The translations under genes were made by a program, and so were the position numbers. A model generated the notes under the pieces. The model made no database searches, was not told where the DNA came from, and saw only the letters and a list, made by a program, of their open reading frames with translations. A stretch of 52,178 bases of DNA from a virus (Duplodnaviria; Caudoviricetes): positions 1-52,178 of the IMG/VR virus record IMGVR_UViG_3300014168_000005. One strand, written 5' to 3'. This document shows positions 36,337 through 45,327 of the stretch, one piece after another. Position 1 is the first letter of the stretch, and each line of letters opens with the position of its first letter.

Positions 36337-36800
36337 TCCCCCAAATTCTTCAACAGTTGTTTCAACTTGCGCACGTCCTCGCCCTCCTTCTCAAGTTTGT
36401 CGATCTCAATGACGGCTTCGGTGCAGAGGTCCGCTATCTGAAGAACTTTCCGTCGAAGCCGTTCAATCGTGGACACGTCGGGCTCGACCGTCACGGTCGC
36501 TTTGTTCGTGCTAACCGGGACGGCGGGTGCGGGACTCGAAGCCATGTTGTGTCTCTCCTCACGCGGCACGACCTCGTGCTCGACGATGCTGATCGGCAGC
36601 CCCGCGGACTTGAGTCGGCCCGCGAGGATCTTGCGCTCGTGATTATCTTTGGGCGCGAAAACGAAAATGGACTCGAAGCCTGGCCTGCGAATCTTACTCG
36701 GCGGCGATACCACAAACCCGTTGTCCTTCGGCCGCACGGACCAGCGTTGATCCTTACAGGCATCGACTAGGTCCATCATGAAGCGGCGCGGGTTGCTCAC
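36333..36800 (-). CDS. Hypothetical protein
   Basis: Overlapping start/stop with neighbours; C-terminal coiled coil. Confidence 0.55.
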   Translation of the reverse strand: MSNPRRFMMDLVDACKDQRWSVRPKDNGFVVSPPSKIRRPGFESIFVFAPKDNHERKILAGRLKSAGLPISIVEHEVVPREERHNMASSPAPAVPVSTNKATVTVEPDVSTIERLRRKVLQIADLCTEAVIEIDKLEKEGEDVRKLKQLLKNLGD

Positions 36801-37027
36801 GGCCGTTTCGACCCCGTGTGTAACCGGCGCGCTTCTTCGACAACGGCATCAGCGATCGCGCGGGCTTCTGCGACGGCACAGTTGGTCGGAACTGACGTAC
36901 CTGCGAAAGACAACTCCGGCGTGGGAGCCATGCATGCGAGGTTCGTGCGCTCCCGGTGCGCGATCACCAGCAGCGAGGCTGCAAACACACCGAGGCGGAG
37001 GGCATCTTCATCGTCAGGATTGATCAT
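36797..37027 (-). CDS. Hypothetical protein
   Basis: Overlapping start/stop coupling. Confidence 0.45.
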   Translation of the reverse strand: MINPDDEDALRLGVFAASLLVIAHRERTNLACMAPTPELSFAGTSVPTNCAVAEARAIADAVVEEARRLHTGSKRP

Positions 37028-37137
37028 GCGGCCTTGCTCCGAGGCTTTCCGACTCGAAGGTCTGGCGGATGCAGTCGCATCACGACCCCGTCGAATTCGA
37101 AGTGATCCCAGTAGGGGCGAATCTTCTTGCGACTCAC
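37024..37137 (-). CDS. Small hypothetical protein (37 aa)
   Basis: GGAGGT RBS, GTG start, MSRKKIRPYWDHFEF..., ATGA overlap with the next gene. Confidence 0.4.
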   Translation of the reverse strand: MSRKKIRPYWDHFEFDGVVMRLHPPDLRVGKPRSKAA

Positions 37138-37167
37138 GCTACCTCCGCCGGGTCGACCTCGCCCACC

Positions 37168-37650
37168 TCAAACCGTTGGCTGCTCATTCTTCGCCCATCC
37201 TCTTGATTCCAACATCCGCTGCGTCTGTGAGATAGCAGTTCCGTCTGAGAGCATCTCGGCGGTGAACTCTAACACCGTGATGCCTTGTTCTGCTGCCGCG
37301 TTTACTTTCTCACGGTCGTTCTGGAACCCAACTCCACGTGTATGGTAGCCACCCGCGTGGGTACCGCCGTGAATTTCGATGCCGACGCGATACTGCACGC
37401 AGTAGAAATCCAGACGCCATTTTCGCTTGGCGTGGAAGCGGTACTGCGTTTCGAACAACTCCCGCATTCCCGTCCAGGTGAGATGCTGCGCGAACAGCAT
37501 CTCGAGCTTCTGATGTAGAGCCCGGGTCGTCGCCTTGTGGATGGCGAGCGACTCCGGGCTCATCGGAGGTGGCGGCACACTCACGTGCCCGCGCTGCCGC
37601 TGGTCGAGCGATTCGAGGTCAGCTTGAGTCCAGCGGCGCGCAGAACGCAC
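37168..37650 (-). CDS. PD-(D/E)XK endonuclease (DUF559/Vsr-like)
   Basis: QYRFHAKRKWRLDF...GIEIHGG...DREKVN motifs. Confidence 0.75.
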   Translation of the reverse strand: MRSARRWTQADLESLDQRQRGHVSVPPPPMSPESLAIHKATTRALHQKLEMLFAQHLTWTGMRELFETQYRFHAKRKWRLDFYCVQYRVGIEIHGGTHAGGYHTRGVGFQNDREKVNAAAEQGITVLEFTAEMLSDGTAISQTQRMLESRGWAKNEQPTV

Positions 37651-37654
37651 GGTG

Positions 37655-38530
37655 TCAGCTCCGCTTGCCCGCGTAGAAGGCGACGCCTTCGAGTCCCTTG
37701 CGGATACTGTCGCTCACGCCCTTCACGGCGGCGCGGAACACATCGTTGGGCCGTTCGAGTTCGTACCACAGACTCAGCTTCGCCTCATCGAGACGGTACC
37801 GCAGTCGCGCCTTCAGCGGATACTTCGCGCCATCGACAAACACCGGGATCGCAAGCGTGAAGCTGTCCGGGATCTTCATCTCCCCACGCTTGGTGTCGCT
37901 GCTGTTGCGGATCTTCTCGAGGTAGGTCAGTTGCGTCTGGCCGTTGTCGAGGCGGATGTCGCTTTCGAACTCGGCGGACTTGATGATTTGCAGTTTCAGC
38001 ACGATCTGCAGGAGGTCGGCTGCTACGGGTTTGGTGATATCCGGTAGGTTGTCCTCGAGGAACCGGGCGAAGTCAACTTGCGTGAACCGCTTGCCGCTAG
38101 CTGCTGACCATATCTGCCATGGATCAGACTTCGGGCAGGTGTATTTGGCAATGTGCTCGCAGGTGCCGCGCATGCCCTCGGAGGCTAGGTGATAATCCAA
38201 CACAGCTTCGTACTGTGCGTTGGTTTCGTCGGCGAGGATAGCTGACTCGGAATCCTTAAACGCCGCGGCGTACGCGATGAACGATTCCAGCGTCAGCAAC
38301 TCCACGCGCTGGCGGATGCGCTCCGGTGGCGGCAGGAACTTCGAGAGGTCTTGGACCGCCCAGTCAGCCGGCATCAGCGCGAGGCGGTGCTCGGGCCCGA
38401 GATCGATCGTCTGCGGCCGCGCGACTGCGCGATCCAGGAGCGTGGCCGCATCGTCGAACGGTGACGACGCCAATGCCGTGCCTCGCACCAGGTCGGTGGC
38501 CGCGGCGGGAAAGCTGCTTTCGTTCTGCAT
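37655..38530 (-). CDS. DUF2303 (YfdQ-like) protein
   Basis: TLESFIAY, AVLDYH, QVDFARFLED and ARLRYR motifs; ATG at 38530. Confidence 0.8.
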   Translation of the reverse strand: MQNESSFPAAATDLVRGTALASSPFDDAATLLDRAVARPQTIDLGPEHRLALMPADWAVQDLSKFLPPPERIRQRVELLTLESFIAYAAAFKDSESAILADETNAQYEAVLDYHLASEGMRGTCEHIAKYTCPKSDPWQIWSAASGKRFTQVDFARFLEDNLPDITKPVAADLLQIVLKLQIIKSAEFESDIRLDNGQTQLTYLEKIRNSSDTKRGEMKIPDSFTLAIPVFVDGAKYPLKARLRYRLDEAKLSLWYELERPNDVFRAAVKGVSDSIRKGLEGVAFYAGKRS

Positions 38531-38531
38531 G

Positions 38532-38909
38532 TTAGTTTGCACCCTGCTGTTGAGTTGATTGTACCGACAGGACCTGGCCCTCGGCATCGTGCGTAACCGT
38601 CTCCACGGCCCTGAGCTCCAGGGAAATCTGCGTGGGGTCTTGGCGCGTGAGCGAGTTGTCGGCCGTGGGGAAGAACACGGTATCGCCGCGGTCCGACTTC
38701 GGAACCTTCGTGGCGACCTCGTCCTCCACCGTGAGGTAGCGGATATTGCCGGCCTTCTTCGGCGGACGGATGGTCAGCTTGAGCGTGATCGCGCCGGTCT
38801 TGCCGGTCGCCTTGACTGCGCTCACGACCTCGCCGACGGCGCTGTCCAGGTCATCGAGCGTGGCGCCGTTCCGCAGGTCGCGGAGGGTCGAGAAGAACTT
38901 ACCTGCCAT
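38532..38909 (-). CDS. Conserved partner of DUF2303 (YfdP-like)
   Basis: AGGAG RBS; TGKTGAITLKL and FFPTADNSLTRQDP.Q motifs. Confidence 0.7.
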   Translation of the reverse strand: MAGKFFSTLRDLRNGATLDDLDSAVGEVVSAVKATGKTGAITLKLTIRPPKKAGNIRYLTVEDEVATKVPKSDRGDTVFFPTADNSLTRQDPTQISLELRAVETVTHDAEGQVLSVQSTQQQGAN

Positions 38910-39384
38910 TGTTGGATTCTCCTGTGGAGTGGGTGTTGGGAGTTTCACGTGTAGCTAGGTCTTTTGACCTATGCGAAGTTGGGACCAACGGCTCCCCGTA
39001 GAGCCGCTCAAAACACTGGGCGTAGTTTTCGGGCTTCCCGTTGTGGCGGCCGACGATGACGCGTGCGAAGCCGTTGTTCACGATGGCCGTTCGCAGCCGG
39101 TCGCGCATACAGCCGAATACGGCGGCGTGAGCGTAGGGGTCCGCCCCTTGGTCCTTCAGCCGCTCCAAAAGCCAGTCCTCGGCCGTCAGGTTGACCGACA
39201 CGGGCATCGCGTCGCCCAAGACAGGCTCACCGCGGGGCGGCTGCGGACGCGCCGGTTCTGGTGTTGATTCGCGAGACCGCTCGAAGTCGCTCGAGTCCAG
39301 GATCGGGTCAGACCGGTCCTTGCGGCCCGAGGCCTTCGCGTGGCGATCGGCCTGGATGGCGCGGTTCATGTCTTGGTACTTCAC
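38899..39384 (-). CDS. Hypothetical protein
   Basis: Coupled to the replication gene. Confidence 0.5.
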   Translation of the reverse strand: MKYQDMNRAIQADRHAKASGRKDRSDPILDSSDFERSRESTPEPARPQPPRGEPVLGDAMPVSVNLTAEDWLLERLKDQGADPYAHAAVFGCMRDRLRTAIVNNGFARVIVGRHNGKPENYAQCFERLYGEPLVPTSHRSKDLATRETPNTHSTGESNNGR

Positions 39385-40310
39385 GCGCTACCCTCCGGTG
39401 TCGACGGCGGCGGACGATTGGAAATCCATTTCCGCACCTGCTCGGCGGTAACTCCGTGTTGGCGGAGCATCTTCGCGATGTCGTCGGACTGCTCCCCGGC
39501 ATCTGCGCAGCGCAGCGCGAACGCCTCAAGCTCTGCGAGCGTGTGCGTCGCGGTGCGGGAACCTGGCGAACCTCCCTTCCCCTCACCGGCATGGCCATTT
39601 GGCTTAGGCCCTTCTTCCCCCCTCTTGTTGGCGTCGGTTCGACGCGCGAGGTGCCCCTGGGCACTCGCGAGCGCGTCGTGCTGACGTGGAATCTCGGCAC
39701 TCTCGGTCCCTCGGTCCCGGTTACGGGTTAGAGGTAACGGGACCGGTACCGGTGTACGGGGGACAGGTGGGTGGACAGGTAGACATGTCCCTAGGGGTGT
39801 CCCCGAATCTGTCTCAGGGGGACTGTCCCCGCGCTTTTTAGCGCGCTGCCGACGCTTCTTCTCGCGCCATACAATACGCTGCAAGTTCTTGTCATCCTTG
39901 CGAATGTCGCGTGGGTTGATGTTGTTTTTGGCGATGAAACCGGGAAGGATGACGCGCCTGTTTTCCTCGTCGATGATCAACCAGTCCCTTGGAAACAGGT
40001 GGACTGTCCACTCTGGAAGGCGCATGACTGCGGCCAGAGCACCCACGGTCAGCGGAAGACTGTCCCCCGTTTGTATGTGTGTGTCCCCGTAGACCCACAG
40101 GTGGACAAGTCCCCCGAGCATCGCATTGCACAAAAGATTGCGAGCATCCGTATCCGAGAATGCGACCAGCGCGCCAGGAAACTCAGCGGTCAAACTTTTC
40201 TCAGCGGCTTCTCCCAGAGCAATGTCCAGATATGCGTTGAGGTCGTCAGCCAGGCCAAGGAGGCGCGGATCCTCGACAGTGTCCTTGTCGAAACGGATGT
40301 ATCCACTCAT
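39381..40310 (-). CDS. Putative replication initiator protein
   Basis: YIRFD...DP N-terminus, basic REKKRRQRAKK, PVPVP linker with internal DNA repeats. Confidence 0.65.
   Translation of the reverse strand: MSGYIRFDKDTVEDPRLLGLADDLNAYLDIALGEAAEKSLTAEFPGALVAFSDTDARNLLCNAMLGGLVHLWVYGDTHIQTGDSLPLTVGALAAVMRLPEWTVHLFPRDWLIIDEENRRVILPGFIAKNNINPRDIRKDDKNLQRIVWREKKRRQRAKKRGDSPPETDSGTPLGTCLPVHPPVPRTPVPVPLPLTRNRDRGTESAEIPRQHDALASAQGHLARRTDANKRGEEGPKPNGHAGEGKGGSPGSRTATHTLAELEAFALRCADAGEQSDDIAKMLRQHGVTAEQVRKWISNRPPPSTPEGSA
39758..39830. repeat. Iteron-like GGACA/TGTCC array (putative origin)
   Basis: Cores at 39761, 39773, 39786, 39798, 39810 and 39824, ~12-bp period, orientation flips mid-array. Confidence 0.5.
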
Positions 40311-40774
40311 CAGACGTCAATCCCTTCGCTGGATGTTCGCTCCCACATCAATTTGTTCTGCAATGGATGGGTGTCGACGCGAGGCCGGCTCGGGCAGTGC
40401 CAAGAACGCCCGCGGACTTCCCCGAAGAGCCGCCAGCCCGATGCTCTCAACGATGTACCGGGCTCACTGGCGAGGGTGTATGTGCCAATGCGCAGGTACC
40501 CCAGAGCGAAGGCCGCACGAGCTGCCGCGCCATACAGAAATGAACAAACGTTACGAGTACCGTCAGTGGCGAGGCGTGTGACTTCTAAGGTCCAACCGTC
40601 CTGGCGCATTCTGCTGACGGGTCGCCCAACGATTACGACGCCGCTGAGTTCGCTGTCGCGGCTGGCGCCTATCGCAAACTTTGCCCCCGCCACAGGTTTG
40701 TGATGCCGATGCCAACGCTCAACTAGAGTGTTCGCCTCTTTAAGGTTCAATGGAACGGACAGTAGTCGATTCAT
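40310..40774 (-). CDS. XF1762-like / Mom-related GNAT-fold protein
   Basis: EAN..V..WHRHHKP, VGRPVSR, LEVTRLATDG, CSFLYGA, TYTL..E.G.SLRASGW. Confidence 0.7.
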   Translation of the reverse strand: MNRLLSVPLNLKEANTLVERWHRHHKPVAGAKFAIGASRDSELSGVVIVGRPVSRMRQDGWTLEVTRLATDGTRNVCSFLYGAAARAAFALGYLRIGTYTLASEPGTSLRASGWRLFGEVRGRSWHCPSRPRVDTHPLQNKLMWERTSSEGIDV

Positions 40775-40920
40775 TCGAACACCCATCCGATGAGCCGGTG
40801 AAACAGATTCCACCAAAAGAAAAGCCAGGCGATAAATCCGATCGCGAGCAGACAGACGACGTACACCAGCGCCGTCCGCAATAGCGCTACCGGCTCACGC
40901 GGCAAGCGGGGCGCGCTCAT
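40771..40920 (-). CDS. Small membrane protein (49 aa)
   Basis: Hand translation MSAPRLPREPVALLRTALVYVVCLLAIGFIAWLFFWW...; ATGA overlaps on both sides. Confidence 0.55.
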   Translation of the reverse strand: MSAPRLPREPVALLRTALVYVVCLLAIGFIAWLFFWWNLFHRLIGWVFE

Positions 40921-41477
40921 AGCGGCTCCTCGCTGAGGCGCTTCATTTCCGCCAAGACGTGATCGATCGCATCAATACGGTCGATGAGCGCCTTCAGCTG
41001 GGATTCGTAGTCGGCCGTGAGTTGCTCGCGCTTGGCGGTCAGAGCCGCCCTCTTCTGCTCCAACAGCGAGTCCGTCGAAGGCGCGGTGACAACTGCAGCC
41101 GCGCCGGGGGCATCGCTCGGTTCCTTGCGACCTGCCCTCACGCACGGAATGCAAACGGAGAAGCGCGTGCCCAGCTTGGAATGTTGGAACTCGCTGTCGG
41201 GACGATCGTTGCCACAGCGCTTACACTCAAACAGCGGCAGCCCCGGTGGCGACAGACTCGCCTCAGCCTCCTCCATCGCGGTGGGCGCGCGTCCCGCTAC
41301 ATCGTAGTACCCACCCAGACGGGTGATTGTTTTGGACCGCAGGAGCGACGTGACCGCGCAATCCAGTGCGGTATCACTGACATCCGCGAGATAGAGGGTC
41401 AGTTCTCGCGCCGGTAGCGGCTGATGCGCTCGAATAGCCTCGATGACTCGCGTCCGCAGAGTTGGTTGCTCGCTCAC
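40917..41477 (-). CDS. Putative winged-helix plus Zn-finger protein
   Basis: wHTH-like N-terminus; CKRC...CIPC; coiled-coil C-terminus. Confidence 0.55.
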   Translation of the reverse strand: MSEQPTLRTRVIEAIRAHQPLPARELTLYLADVSDTALDCAVTSLLRSKTITRLGGYYDVAGRAPTAMEEAEASLSPPGLPLFECKRCGNDRPDSEFQHSKLGTRFSVCIPCVRAGRKEPSDAPGAAAVVTAPSTDSLLEQKRAALTAKREQLTADYESQLKALIDRIDAIDHVLAEMKRLSEEPL

Positions 41478-41659
41478 AACGGTGCCCGCCCGGTTTCGCT
41501 ATTCGAAACCGGAAAGCCTTCGGCCACGGGTTGGGACTCAGGATCCCACCCTGTCAGATGCAACATGTTTGTAGACCCCGACTCGGGCAGTAACGACCAC
41601 ACAGTGGTTACCGCCAAACCAATCGCTCTCGTTTTTACCCGCGCCCGTCGCGCTGACAT
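41474..41659 (-). CDS. Hypothetical protein (61 aa)
   Basis: AGGAGA RBS; GTGA overlap with the next gene. Confidence 0.45.
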   Translation of the reverse strand: MSARRARVKTRAIGLAVTTVWSLLPESGSTNMLHLTGWDPESQPVAEGFPVSNSETGRAPL

Positions 41660-41743
41660 CTCTCCTGTTGATGTTTGTCAACTTTCATGCCTACAAACTC
41701 AACCCTGACAAATCTTCACCCGCGTTATGTATAACCGTATGTC

Positions 41744-41768
41744 AAAAAACCGTCATCAAATGTAACGG
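41744..41768 (-). terminator. Weak intrinsic terminator after the cII-like gene
   Basis: CCGTTA-loop-TGACGG followed by T6. Confidence 0.4.
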
Positions 41769-41829
41769 GTTTAACCTAGACTAACGTCTGATATCGAAGG
41801 AACCGATAAAACCGAAGGCAGCGTTCATG

Positions 41830-42282
41830 TCAGGTCCCCCTCCCCGACCACATGTATTGACCAGTCACCCGCATGGCGCTCTTGAGTTCGGCGTTCTCTT
41901 TTCGCAGCTCATCGAGCTCGCGCTGCTCGGCCGTGCGATGCCGACGGATGCTGAGCCAGTCATATCCGCGCGATTCCGCCCACCAGATGAGCGGAAACTC
42001 GTTCTGCAACAGATTGAGATACGTGTTGAAGATTCGGCCGGGCGGAGACGCTCTCTCCGACTGGATCTTCGTCACGTGAGAAGGATCGACCCGAAGCGCG
42101 CCGTAAACCTGTTTGATGTCGAGTCCGCTGACTTCTCGAGCGAAGTTCCAGGCATCGACGAATCCGCTGCGACTGCGGATGATTTTGATGACCTCCGGGG
42201 TCAGCTCCATGACCCGCGGATTGGCCAGGGCAACATCTCGTTCCGGTAGGAGTTCAAGCTGCTGCCGATTTTTGGAAGTCAT
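41830..42282 (-). CDS. CII-like HTH regulator
   Basis: Downstream of cro; SGLDIKQVYGALRVDPSHVTKI HTH; C-terminal zipper. Confidence 0.6.
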   Translation of the reverse strand: MTSKNRQQLELLPERDVALANPRVMELTPEVIKIIRSRSGFVDAWNFAREVSGLDIKQVYGALRVDPSHVTKIQSERASPPGRIFNTYLNLLQNEFPLIWWAESRGYDWLSIRRHRTAEQRELDELRKENAELKSAMRVTGQYMWSGRGT

Positions 42283-42345
42283 TTGTATATGTAGTTTCTA
42301 GGCAAAAAAAGGAGCGACCGCCATCATGCGAAAGAAGAATCAGCC

Positions 42346-42630
42346 TCAACTCCGACTATTGGTGTTTGCCAACGATGCATCTGAGATCGCGGATCCGTCC
42401 GGTGCTGGATACAAGTCCGGTCGCAACTCGTGGCGTGACACACCCGTGAGCTCTTCAATCGCCAACACACGCTCGGCGGGAATCCGACCAGTGGCGATCC
42501 AACGCGATACCGAGCCCTGTGACTTCAAACCGAGCTTGCGGGCCAAGGCGCTCTGGCCTCCCGCGGCGTCGCAAGCTTTCTTAACTGGCGAGTCTTCTGT
42601 CGCCGGTACGGTCAGAGCGGATGTAGACAT
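42346..42630 (-). CDS. cro: Cro-like (YdaS family) regulator
   Basis: AGGQSALARKLGLKSQGSVSRW...LRPDLY; divergent from the repressor. Confidence 0.85.
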   Translation of the reverse strand: MSTSALTVPATEDSPVKKACDAAGGQSALARKLGLKSQGSVSRWIATGRIPAERVLAIEELTGVSRHELRPDLYPAPDGSAISDASLANTNSRS

Positions 42631-42638
42631 GCCCGCAA

Positions 42639-42704
42639 TTAACGCAGATTTCGTTAACTCGGTCAACGCCTGCCGCGCTAATGAGGTAACGCAAACTGCG
42701 GGGA
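42639..42704. promoter_or_regulatory. Three 19-bp operators (OR-like)
   Basis: TTAACG-N7-CGTTAA at 42639-42657; degenerate copies at 42663-42681 and 42686-42704. Confidence 0.75.
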
Positions 42705-43123
42705 TGCCAAAGGACGCTCAAATACCGGCCTGCGATTTCTGGGTACGCCTGACGGCGGCATGGGGGGCCAAAGGGTTGCCCACCACCCAGAATGGGATAG
42801 CCAAGGCGCTGGGGTGGACCGGAAACGGAACGACAGGCCGTTGGTATCGTGGGGAGACATTCCCTCAAGCAGATGAACTCATTACGCTCGCACGCCGAGG
42901 GGACGTCACGGTCGACTGGCTGTTGACGGGGCGTGAGCCGCGGACATCGGTCGCCGCCAATAGCGAGCTCGGTCAACTCCTGGCGATCTGGGACAAACTG
43001 AAGCCCGAGAACCGCCGCGATTTCCTCAAGGTGGGAGCGGGTCAACTGGCGCTGCAGCAGCAAGGGCAGGAGTCCGAGGTTGCCCCGAAAAAATCCTCCG
43101 GTCGCCGGAGCAGCGCGGCATAG
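42704..43123 (+). CDS. CI-like XRE repressor without a peptidase S24 domain
   Basis: TQNGIAKALG...TGRWYRGETFP...VTVDWLLTG; 139 aa; divergent from cro. Confidence 0.8.
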   Translation: MPKDAQIPACDFWVRLTAAWGAKGLPTTQNGIAKALGWTGNGTTGRWYRGETFPQADELITLARRGDVTVDWLLTGREPRTSVAANSELGQLLAIWDKLKPENRRDFLKVGAGQLALQQQGQESEVAPKKSSGRRSSAA

Positions 43124-43126
43124 CCG

Positions 43127-43786
43127 ATGGAAAAAGCCGCCATCCACCTGTCAGCGGTGTCAATGTTGATGGCGGCTTCTTTCGCGCATGCGGAAAAGTG
43201 TGATGCACCGCCCTACGGCGACACCATGGTCCGCTATGAGGCTATTGAAGCTGATTTCGCGCAAGCCGAGCGTGAGGCGACTGACCTACCGCCGGGAATG
43301 TTGATGAAGCAATTACGGGCCGCTCTGCGCGAAGCCTGCAGAGCCAAGTTCAATCACGGAAGCCGGGCATCCTATTACCGCAACGGGATCAACGACGGCG
43401 ATATCAACAGTTTCACCACAACCCAGCTCACGAACGCTTGGTTCGTTGCAAGAAACCGGGCCATGGCAAAGGAAATCGCGCCGACATCCGAACCACCTTC
43501 GGGTGCTCCGCCCCCTCCTGCGCCACAGATCGAAAACGGTTCACACATTTACGCGCTTGCGTACTGCCTCAAGAACGGCATGTGTCAGCTTCATGGGGAT
43601 TCGCACTTGGGCTATGGTGGCCAGCTCGAAGAAGTACCGTATCAAACGCTGGCGGATTGCCAGCGATATGCGTACATCAACAGCAGCGGAATCAAGCAGA
43701 GCCCTGATGGTCGGACGGTCCTTCCAGATGGCTCTTGGTGGGAATGCCGCAGCAAGCGCGTAGATACCTGGGAACCGGCCCAGTAG
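43127..43786 (+). CDS. Secreted Cys-rich protein co-transcribed with the repressor
   Basis: Signal peptide ending FAHA; six Cys; Pro-rich linker between two domains. Confidence 0.65.
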   Translation: MEKAAIHLSAVSMLMAASFAHAEKCDAPPYGDTMVRYEAIEADFAQAEREATDLPPGMLMKQLRAALREACRAKFNHGSRASYYRNGINDGDINSFTTTQLTNAWFVARNRAMAKEIAPTSEPPSGAPPPPAPQIENGSHIYALAYCLKNGMCQLHGDSHLGYGGQLEEVPYQTLADCQRYAYINSSGIKQSPDGRTVLPDGSWWECRSKRVDTWEPAQ

Positions 43787-43791
43787 AACAA

Positions 43792-43835
43792 TTAACGCAA
43801 TAAGCGTTGACAGTTAACGCAGAGTTCGTTAACGT
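43792..43835 (+). promoter_or_regulatory. PL-like promoter with two operators
   Basis: TTGACA(43807)-N17-TAACGT; operators at 43792-43810 and 43814-43832, the latter differing from 42639-42657 at one base. Confidence 0.8.
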
Positions 43836-43864
43836 GCCTTCCCATCGGAACGGGGAGGGCACAG

Positions 43865-44341
43865 ATGGACAATCACACTGCAGCGCAAGAGACGGCACCC
43901 GTCGCCGCCGTCCGCGATGAACCACTTCAGTTGGTACTGACGTACTCAGGACTCATCGAGATCCTGGCGGACGTCGAGGCGCGACCGCAAGCAGCCGCTG
44001 ACCTGCCCAGCCTTGAGCACGATCAGCTGGCAACCGTGCTCCACCATTTCCCGCAAGCATTCGTGGATGCTCTCGCCGAGTACGACACCACCCAGCCGGT
44101 GGTTCTGCACTTTCTCACAGACCGCACCGCATCCCGCCTTGAGCGCGGCCAGTTGGTTGGCTACGCCATCATCGGCGCCCTCTCCGACTTCGTACGACCC
44201 CTCCTGCTGAAAGATGTGCAGGAACGTTGGGATCGCAACCATCAGATCGACGCGATTGAGGCTCCGTTGAGTCACTACCCTGCGCTCACCGATGACCAGG
44301 TCGTTGCGCAGGAGTTGGGTTTGGGACGAAGCCTGTCATGA
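43865..44341 (+). CDS. Hypothetical early protein
   Basis: First ORF after PL; GGAGG RBS. Confidence 0.6.
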   Translation: MDNHTAAQETAPVAAVRDEPLQLVLTYSGLIEILADVEARPQAAADLPSLEHDQLATVLHHFPQAFVDALAEYDTTQPVVLHFLTDRTASRLERGQLVGYAIIGALSDFVRPLLLKDVQERWDRNHQIDAIEAPLSHYPALTDDQVVAQELGLGRSLS

Positions 44342-44745
44342 GTGCCGTCATGAACACCACCACGCCACGGCCTGATCGTCCTCCACAGCTCACTTTCAAG
44401 TGCAAACTGGCCGACTGCGACGTCAGTTTGGAGTTGAAAACTCACGGGGAGACGAAAGACGGCGTTCACCGTTGGACGTTTCTCTCCGCCGAAGCGCTGA
44501 TCTCGCCGCCGAAGCCGCGCAAGGTCCGGGGATTCATTCCAGCTTCGAAACCAGCCGTCAGCATCAGCTTCTCATTGTCGGACTTGTCTGATTGCCACCT
44601 GACACGATACTCCTGGCGTGACACCCTGTCTGTCGGTCGGACCTCGTTTGAAACCCGAAAGCAAGACTTCACGGCACTGGCCGGTTTCTTGTCCTCGCTC
44701 GGGATCGATGTTGAAGATGAAACGAAGAAGGGCGACAAGTCATGA
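44338..44745 (+). CDS. Hypothetical protein
   Basis: ATGA coupling. Confidence 0.55.
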   Translation: MSAVMNTTTPRPDRPPQLTFKCKLADCDVSLELKTHGETKDGVHRWTFLSAEALISPPKPRKVRGFIPASKPAVSISFSLSDLSDCHLTRYSWRDTLSVGRTSFETRKQDFTALAGFLSSLGIDVEDETKKGDKS

Positions 44746-44984
44746 ACCGCCCTCGCCTCAACTACACCAACATGGACCCGGCACTGCAGCTGTTCATCTT
44801 ACAGTTGTCCATCGACTGCCTGGTTGATCAGTGCGCATTCATCCGCTGGGCTGACGCCAACCGCGACGCCCTCACTGAAGGGATGCTGGAGTCCGGTGAG
44901 CCAATCGACACCGACCCTCGGGTCGAGAACTGCGTCGCCATCTACGTATTGCAACAGTTCAAAGCACAGCAGGTGCTGGCATGA
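44742..44984 (+). CDS. Hypothetical protein
   Basis: ATGA coupling. Confidence 0.5.
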   Translation: MNRPRLNYTNMDPALQLFILQLSIDCLVDQCAFIRWADANRDALTEGMLESGEPIDTDPRVENCVAIYVLQQFKAQQVLA

Positions 44985-45115
44985 ACACACCGCTCTTCCG
45001 CCCGACTCCCACACCCCCCTCCAATGCCGTTCCGAGACCTGACGGCACGTGGGGGTCGGGTGGGAGGCTGGTCGAGTACTTCTACGAACTGGCACGCCGG
45101 AGGCTCTTGTCATGA
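44981..45115 (+). CDS. Small hypothetical protein (44 aa)
   Basis: ATGA overlaps on both sides. Confidence 0.4.
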   Translation: MNTPLFRPTPTPPSNAVPRPDGTWGSGGRLVEYFYELARRRLLS

Positions 45116-45327
45116 TCGACCAGACCAACGCCGTCCGCCTGGCGTGGTGGACCGAATCGGGCTTCGTCACCAGCCCGTATGGCTACAGCGACCAGGAGGC
45201 TGCCACCCGCGCGGCTCCCGTGTTGAATCAAACCCGCGTAGCGCGTGGCAATCATCACTACACCCACATCGTGCAGATGCACGGCACGAAGCCGGTGGAT
45301 GTGAAACCCTTGGAGGCCGTGGCGTGA
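45112..45327 (+). CDS. Hypothetical protein (71 aa)
   Basis: GGAGG RBS; ATG at 45112. Confidence 0.5.
   Translation: MIDQTNAVRLAWWTESGFVTSPYGYSDQEAATRAAPVLNQTRVARGNHHYTHIVQMHGTKPVDVKPLEAVA

Noticed and set aside
41660-41830. AT-rich intergenic with TTTGTCA/TGACAAA inverted repeat and GTTAT-gt-ATAAC dyad
   Set aside because: Short matches without a properly spaced -35/-10 pair; too weak to call
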